Origin: an uncultured Gammaproteobacteria bacterium | GTDB lineage: Bacteria > Pseudomonadota > Gammaproteobacteria > DRLM01 | DNA length: 64,000 nucleotides | Direction of reading: 5' to 3' | Assembly (NCBI GenBank): GCA_963729605.1 | Contig: CAVSNY010000007.1 | Location: 960,001 to 1,024,000 of the forward strand | Shown: piece after piece, positions 59,533 to 64,000 of the stretch | Numbering within the stretch: position 1 is the stretch's first letter | Layout of the letters: each line of letters starts with the position of its first letter | The notes under the pieces: model-generated | Database searches by the model: none | What the model was told of the DNA's origin: nothing | What the model saw: the letters and a program-made list of their open reading frames with translations, nothing else | Position numbers and translations under genes: made by a program

Positions 59533-59871
59533 TCAGGCCGCGGCATCCATGATCACGCGTACGGCGGTTCGAAAATCTTCCAGCGTGAAGTCCTTGAACA
59601 ACAGGCCGTGGCGATTGCCGGTGTGCCGATGGCCGCCCTGATGCACGACCATGGCCTCTATTTGATAAAGCCGTTGCTTGTCGTCGATCACGAGGGCGAA
59701 GGTGATATCGATCAGGGCCTGCGGCGGCAGGATAATGCAGCCGGTGTCGACCAGCGCGCCGTCGACGCTGACGTTTAATACCCTCCCGCGCAGTAGCCCC
59801 AGCGGGCGGTGCAGGATGATGGCTTGTACCTGTACCGGCTTGCGTTGATGCCAGCGATGTTCCAGACCCAT
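59533..59871 (-). CDS. Stand-alone PilZ-domain (c-di-GMP-binding) protein
   Basis: RxxxR (RWHQR) and N-x-S-x-x-G (NVSVDG) motifs; AMVVH...GLLF; RBS GAGGA upstream of ATG 59871. Confidence 0.85.
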   Translation of the reverse strand: MGLEHRWHQRKPVQVQAIILHRPLGLLRGRVLNVSVDGALVDTGCIILPPQALIDITFALVIDDKQRLYQIEAMVVHQGGHRHTGNRHGLLFKDFTLEDFRTAVRVIMDAAA

Positions 59872-59994
59872 GGTGTCCTCCTCTCGACCTATAACCCTGC
59901 CCCATCCAGGGGGCGCATCCTTCCCTGTCCGGCGGACAGACTTGCCGGTGATCAGCAGCATAGGGGGCCGCCGTGACGCTCCCAGGGCAGTTTT

Positions 59995-60012
59995 ATGATT
60001 TTTTTATGACAA
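59995..60012 (-). promoter_or_regulatory. Possible divergent Pho box facing the PilZ gene
   Basis: Minus strand TTGTCAT-AAAA-AAATCAT. Confidence 0.5.
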
Positions 60013-60034
60013 AATTTTAAGGGCCGGGTACGGC

Positions 60035-60052
60035 TTGTCATATTTCTGTCAT
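60035..60052 (+). promoter_or_regulatory. Pho box upstream of pstC
   Basis: TTGTCAT-ATTT-CTGTCAT. Confidence 0.88.
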
Positions 60053-60076
60053 ATTTGTTAAGTATGGTGAGCGGCC

Positions 60077-62364
60077 ATGATTTCGGACGCCTCCCAACCC
60101 CCCGTCACCCCCCCGCCCGCCGCCCATAATCTGCGGCGTTGGCGTTGGCGCATGATCAAAGACGTCCTGGCCCGTTACGGCGTGGCCGCCGGCGGCGTCG
60201 GGGTGATCGTCGCCATTCTGCTGATCTTCTTTTATCTGTTTTATGTCGTGGTCCCCTTGTTCAAGCCGGCGGCGACCCAGGCGGTGGGCGGTTACGGCGT
60301 GCCGGTCCCCGCCGCGGGTCCGACGGCTTATCTCGCGATGGAGGAACAGACCGAGATCGGCGTGCGTTTCACCGCGACCGGCCGGGTGATTTTTTTCCGT
60401 ACCGCCGACGGCGCCGTCATAAAAGAAGAAGGACCGCAACTGCCCCCCGAGGTGACGGTGACCAGCGGCGCGGCCGGCATCGCCCCGCGCGGGGTGGTGG
60501 CGTATGGCCTGTCCGATGGCCGCGCGCTGCTGATGCGGCATGTCTATCAGGTGAGTTTCCCCGATGATGTGCGCACGATTACCCCCGCCGTGGAATATCC
60601 CCTGGGAGAGGCGCCGCTGATGATCGATGCCGCCGGCCGGGCCTTGACCCGGCTCGCGGTGCAAAGCGATGAAGACGAGGCGACGCTGTTGGCCTTGACC
60701 GCCGACGGCGAACTGGTGCTCAGTCACGTGGAACGCGAAGAATCCTTTCTCAGCGAGGGCGAGACTTGGAAAACCACCACGGCGATCCTGCCCCGTCCCC
60801 CGATCAGCGTGGACTATCTGCTGGTGGACCCCGACCAGCGTCATGCCTATTTCGCCAGCGGCGACGGGGAGTTGTATTTCTTCGACATCGGCGACAAGGC
60901 CGCCCCGCGTTTGATCCAGCGTCTGCGGGTGGTGCCGCAGGGCAAACAGATCACCGCGTTGCGCTTCCTGGCCGGCGGCACCTCGCTGCTGGTGGGGGAA
61001 AGCGGCGGCGTGATCTCGCAATGGTTCCCGGTGCGCGACGCCCGCAACGACATGGTGCTGACCCGCATCCGCGACTTCACCGATCAGGGCGGCGCGGTCA
61101 ACGCCATCGCCGCGGAATACGCCCGCAAGGGCTTTCTCGCCGCCGACGCCGGCGGCAAGGTGGGGATTTATCACGCCACCGCCCATCGCACCTTGACGGT
61201 GGCCGACATCGGCGCCGCGCCCTTGCTCAATCTGGCGGTGGCGCCGCGGGGCAATGCCTTGCTGGCGGAGGCCGCTGACGGCCAACTGCACTTCTGGCGC
61301 GTCGAAAACGAACACCCGGAAGTTTCCTGGTCGGCGCTGTGGGGCAAGGTGTGGTACGAGGGATATCCGCGAGCCTACGAATACGTGGCAATCGTCGTCG
61401 GCGAGCAACGAGTTCGAACCCAAGTTCAGCTTGACGCCGATTTGCCTTCGGCACCCTGAAGGCGGCCTTTTACGCCATGATGCTGGCCGCGCCGCTGGCC
61501 ATCCTCGGCGCCATCTACACCGCGTATTTCATGGCGCCGCGCATGCGGCGGATGGTGAAGCCCAGCGTCGAGGTCATGGAGGCCTTGCCGACCGTCATCC
61601 TCGGTTTTCTCGCCGGGCTGTGGCTCGCGCCCTTCGTCGAGGACAGCCTGCCGGGCATCTTCAGCCATGCTGATCGGTGGTGCCCATGGGCATCGTGGTC
61701 GGCGGCGTATCTGTGGACGCCGCCTGCCGGAGCCGGTGCGGCTGTGGGTGCCCGAGGGCTGGGAGGCCGCGCTGCTGATACCGGTGGTCCTGGCGTCTGG
61801 GCTGGGGCTCGCTGGCCATGAGTCCGGTCTTCGAAGAGGCTGTTCTTCGGCGGCGACATGCCGGCAATGGCTGACCCATGAACTGGGCTGGCCTTCGATC
61901 AGCGCAACTCGCTGGTGGTCGGGCCTGGCCATGGGTTTCGCGGTGATCCCGCAATATCTTCTCCATCGCCGAAGACGCCATTTTCAGCGTGCCGCAGACA
62001 TCTGACCCTGGGCTCGCTGGCCCTCGGCGCGACGCCGTGGCAGACCATGACGCGCGTGGTGATCCTCACCGCCAGCCCGGGCATTTTCTCGGCGCTGATG
62101 ATCGGCATGGGCCGCGCGGTGGGCGAGACCATGATCGTGCTGATGGCCACCGGCAACACCCCGATCATGGATTTGAACATCGTTCCAGGGCATGCGCACC
62201 CTGTCGGCCAACATCGCGGTGGAAATGCCCGAGTCCGAGGTCAACAGCACCCACTACCGCGTGTTGTTCCTGGCGGCCCTGGTGCTGTTCCTGTTCACCT
62301 TCTTCTTCAATACCGTGGCGGAAGTCGTTCGCCAGCGCCTGCGGCGGAAATACAGTCTCTATAA
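60077..62364 (+). CDS. pstC: Long-form phosphate ABC permease PstC with periplasmic beta-propeller-like insert; multiple frameshifts after ~61370
   Basis: ENEHPEVSWSALWGKVWYEGY, WQSSS...FEPKFSL, KPSVEVMEALPTVILGF, GRAVGETMIVLMATGN, RTLSANIAVEMPE, NTVAEVVRQRLR across frames. Confidence 0.88.
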
Positions 62365-62383
62365 GGCGAGCACGGCAGAAGTC

Positions 62384-64000
62384 GTGAAACACGGCAAATT
62401 CAAAGCTGGGTCGGTACCGGCACGCCCTGGGTGTGGTTGAGCGCGGGCGGCGGTGAGCATCAGTTTGGTGATGGTGTTCGGCCTGCTGGGGCTGATCGCC
62501 GTCAACGGCCTGGGTCATTTCTGGCCGGACGATATCCTGGAAATCGATTACCGCGAACGACGGCGCCGTGGTGCGCTGATCGGCGAGATCCACGGCAGTG
62601 AAGAGTTGAGCGCGGAGCGCTTGCGCTCTGGCGGGGGCGGATTTGCCTCCCGACGAGGCATGATGGTGACCCGTTAGATCCTCAAGACCGGCAACCGCGA
62701 TATCCTACGGCGCGGATTTCCGCTGCATCGTCGAGCCCGAGGTGGTAGAACGGCGGCACCCCGAGGGCTTGCTCGCCATCGAGCGGCGCGAGTGGGGCAA
62801 TCTCTACGGCTACTGTCACGCGGTGAAGGAAGACGGTGTCGTGGTCGCCGAAGGTGAGGCGGCCTGGCACGAGTTGCAGCGCGCGCTTGAGTCATGTGCA
62901 GGCGCAGGCGGACGAGATCCACCGTATCGAAAAGGGCGAGATCGGCGCGATCAACTATCAGTCTGGAACGCCTGCGCCTCAAAGAGCGCAGCCTGGACCT
63001 CGAGGGCCGGCTCGACGCCGCGGCCCGCGCCGATCTGGAAGGCCGAGCGAGCCGTGCTGCAACAGCGTTATGAAGGCTTGCAACAGCAGTTGGAAGGCCT
63101 CTGCACGCAATTGCGGCGGGACAGCTTCACACCATGGAGGTGGCGGGCGGCGAGCGGCGCGATTTCCCGCTCGACAAGGTGGTGCGGGCCTACCAGCCCC
63201 AACGCCATGTCGGTGTTCGACAAGACGGGTCACTATTTCATGAAATTGTGGGAGTTCGTCAGCGACGAGCCCCGCGAGGCCAATACCGAGGGCGGCATCT
63301 TTCCCGCGATCTTCGGCACGGTGATGATGGTGATCATCATGTCGGTGTTCGTCACGCCCTTCGGCGTGGTGGCGGCGGTGTATTTGCGCGAATATGCGCA
63401 GCAGGGGCCGTTGACCCGCTTGATCCGCATCGCGGTCAACAATCTCGCCGGCGTGCCGGCGATCGTGTACGGCGTATTCGGTCTGGGCTTTTTCGTGTAT
63501 TTCCTCGGTGGCAATATCGATCGACTCTTTTATCCCGAGGCCCTGCCCGCGCCGACCTTCGGTACGCCGGGCATTTTGTGGTCGTCGCTGACGCTGGCGA
63601 TACTCACCTTGCCGGTGGTGATCGTCGCCACTGAAGAGGGTTTGACGCGGGTGCCGCGCGCGGTGCGCGAAGGCTCGCTGGCCCTGGGCGCGACCAAGGC
63701 CGAGACCTTGTGGCGGGTCGTGCTGCCCATGGCCAGCCCCGCGCTGATGACCGGCCTGATCCTCGCGGTGGCGCGCGCCGCCGGCGAGGTGGCGCCGCTG
63801 ATGCTGGTCGGCGTGGTCAAGCTGGCGCCCTCGCTGCCGCTGGACGGCGATGCGCCCTATCTGCACCTCGACCGCAAATTCATGCACCTCGGCTTTCATA
63901 TTTTCGACGTGGGCTTCCAGAGTCCCAACGTGGAGGCGGCGCGCCCCCTGGTGTACGCCACGGCCTTTTTGCTGGTGGTGGTGATCCTGGTGTTGAATTT
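62384..64000 (+). CDS. pstA: Long-form phosphate ABC permease PstA; multiple frameshifts in the 5' half, 3'-truncated by window edge
   Basis: GLGHFWP, ERREWGN, EPREANTEGGIFPAIFGT, NNLAGVPAIVYGVFGLG, ARAAGEVAPLML, FMHLGFHIFD; start approximate. Confidence 0.88.

Overview
GC-rich, probably gammaproteobacterial chromosomal segment; all family names below are from recognition of motifs, not from database searches. Positions 1-20312 hold a canonical exosortase A (XrtA/PEP-CTERM) exopolysaccharide/protein-glycosylation operon: Wza, chain-length determinant, Tyr kinase, OM barrel, ATPase, WecB, deacetylase, FemAB, GT4s, XrtA-EpsI, AsnB, a PaaK/CapK-like ligase and an O-glycosylation ligase. Positions ~20.3-49.2 kb are an accessory glycan-tailoring block: three sulfotransferase-like proteins, two more deacetylase-like proteins, a Cys-less AsnB, a GDP-heptose cassette (hddA-gmhA-hddC), several GT2/GT4s, a WbsX-like protein, a methyltransferase, a membrane-anchored Thr-type sulfatase-like protein, a candidate glucuronyl C5-epimerase-like protein, a Wzx flippase and a VanZ/heparinase II-like lyase fusion. 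Together these suggest a sulfated, possibly glycosaminoglycan-like surface glycan. At the end of the locus, an enhancer-IHF-sigma54 promoter appears to drive a ~140-nt non-coding RNA. Two tandem TA-flanked MITE-like elements and two REP families lie in intergenic regions. Positions 49.8-64 kb are housekeeping: cytochrome c4, an ABC ATPase, modCB, argF-argD, phoBR-pstS, a PilZ gene and pstCA with Pho boxes. Many conserved genes carry single-base frameshifts in patches, most likely sequencing/assembly errors. No rRNA, tRNA or CRISPR array was seen.
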